From a virus (Duplodnaviria > Caudoviricetes): a stretch of DNA of 58,392 nt. The DNA lies in IMG/VR virus record IMGVR_UViG_3300020045_012203, positions 1 through 58,392 of that record. One strand, 5' to 3'. A program made the translations under genes and the position numbers. Below the pieces are notes generated by a model. That model was not told the origin of the DNA. It saw only the letters and a list, made by a program, of their open reading frames with translations, and searched no databases. Below, in pieces: positions 57,346-58,392 of this stretch. Positions within the stretch are counted from its first letter, which is position 1; each line of letters starts with the position of its first letter.

Positions 57346-58392
57346 TGGCAGACGCAACGCAATACAAAGCAATTGTAGCTTGGAGGTCGATAGCCAACAG
57401 GGTTGTTCAGCTAACCAAAGCAACTGAATTAGTTTTGGCTACTTACCGAGTTTATGTGAGCCCGATTGATAGGCACGATGTAGGCTCAGGACAGGTTCAG
57501 GCAGGGTTTTACTTCATTTCATACATGGGTAACCCTTATCTGATTATTGCCGTTGGATCAGGTTACATCGACGTTGAGGACAGTTTTAGATTTCGTAAAT
57601 GTCCGACTTCTGGCAAAAATGGGATTGTTTACAAATCAGTTGGTGACGGTGACAGTCCATATTTGGCTCCATTCTTCCGCTTTTTGCACCCAACAGCTTT
57701 TCAGAAGTTCATGGGTATCGCTTTGGATATACTTTGGAAGAATGAAAGCAAGCTGAATATCAAAGCTATTCAGGACACGAAAGGGCTTACCGGATTCGTA
57801 AACCCTTCGGATATTGACGTTTCATACAACTGGACAAACAGAACCATAACCTTAACCGGAGTTTTAGATTACTATTGGAGGGGTGAACTACATACCCTAC
57901 CCTCGCCTTGGACAAGTTCGGCTCACGCAAACACTATTGGTAAATGGTTCTTATATTCAACCGATGGCGTTACTTTCGCATGGTCTAATGATTTATGGAA
58001 ATTTTCATACGCAATGGTATCTGGCGTAAATTACAAAGCCACAGCAGCTTCATCTTTTGCCATTTGTGAGACTCACGGAACGATGGATTGGCTTTCGCAT
58101 GAAGAAGATCACCAAGTAAACGGCACTTATTTGCTGTCTGGCGGAAAAGCCACATCTGGAACCTACGCTTACGATACGGCTACCGATGCAGCAAATAGTC
58201 CTGGATTTGACGCTGCAAGAGTTAAGGACGAGGATTTGGAAACTGATATTCCTGCATGGATTGAAGGAACCTATACGACAATGTATGTCGGTGCGTCTGG
58301 GGTCTCAGTATTCAATATTGCTGCCACACTTCCATTTGTTTCATCAGGAAGTTATTTGCAAGTTAACAATGCGTTGACAGGTGCAATGACAG
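57345..58392 (+). CDS. Tail protein, 5' part (runs off the window end)
   Basis: ATG overlaps the upstream TAA; MADATQYKAIVAWRS...; open to the end of the window. Confidence 0.7.
   Translation, partial: MADATQYKAIVAWRSIANRVVQLTKATELVLATYRVYVSPIDRHDVGSGQVQAGFYFISYMGNPYLIIAVGSGYIDVEDSFRFRKCPTSGKNGIVYKSVGDGDSPYLAPFFRFLHPTAFQKFMGIALDILWKNESKLNIKAIQDTKGLTGFVNPSDIDVSYNWTNRTITLTGVLDYYWRGELHTLPSPWTSSAHANTIGKWFLYSTDGVTFAWSNDLWKFSYAMVSGVNYKATAASSFAICETHGTMDWLSHEEDHQVNGTYLLSGGKATSGTYAYDTATDAANSPGFDAARVKDEDLETDIPAWIEGTYTTMYVGASGVSVFNIAATLPFVSSGSYLQVNNALTGAMT

Overview
AT-rich tailed (siphovirus-like) phage of a Bacteroidota host, inferred from TTTG-N19-TAnnTTTG promoters and DUF4494/BspA-type genes. It is probably a near-complete genome opened inside a tail gene. 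Layout: tail/receptor genes and lysis (1-7.7 kb); Cro/Rha-antirepressor/Xis-like genes (8.6-9.8 kb); a 1.3 kb RNA island with a circularly permuted two-piece tmRNA, a tRNA(CAT) and tRNA-like mini-structures (9.8-11.1 kb); recombination, replication and methylase genes including a nuclease-FtsK fusion (11-22.7 kb); an array of five gene cassettes separated by about 130-bp attC-like hairpins (23.75-26.86 kb); a minus-strand block of early/accessory genes (27.2-33.8 kb); and packaging, head and tail genes with an inserted HNH gene, RNA ligase and methylase (34.2-58.4 kb). No integrase, integron integrase, reverse transcriptase or CRISPR array was recognised. The strongest novelty candidates are the integron-like cassette array (with a second, different boundary-motif pair nearby), the permuted phage tmRNA, dispersed tRNA-like minihelices, and two putative sRNAs complementary to generic Bacteroidota start-codon regions. 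All protein calls come from motif recognition by eye, not database searches.
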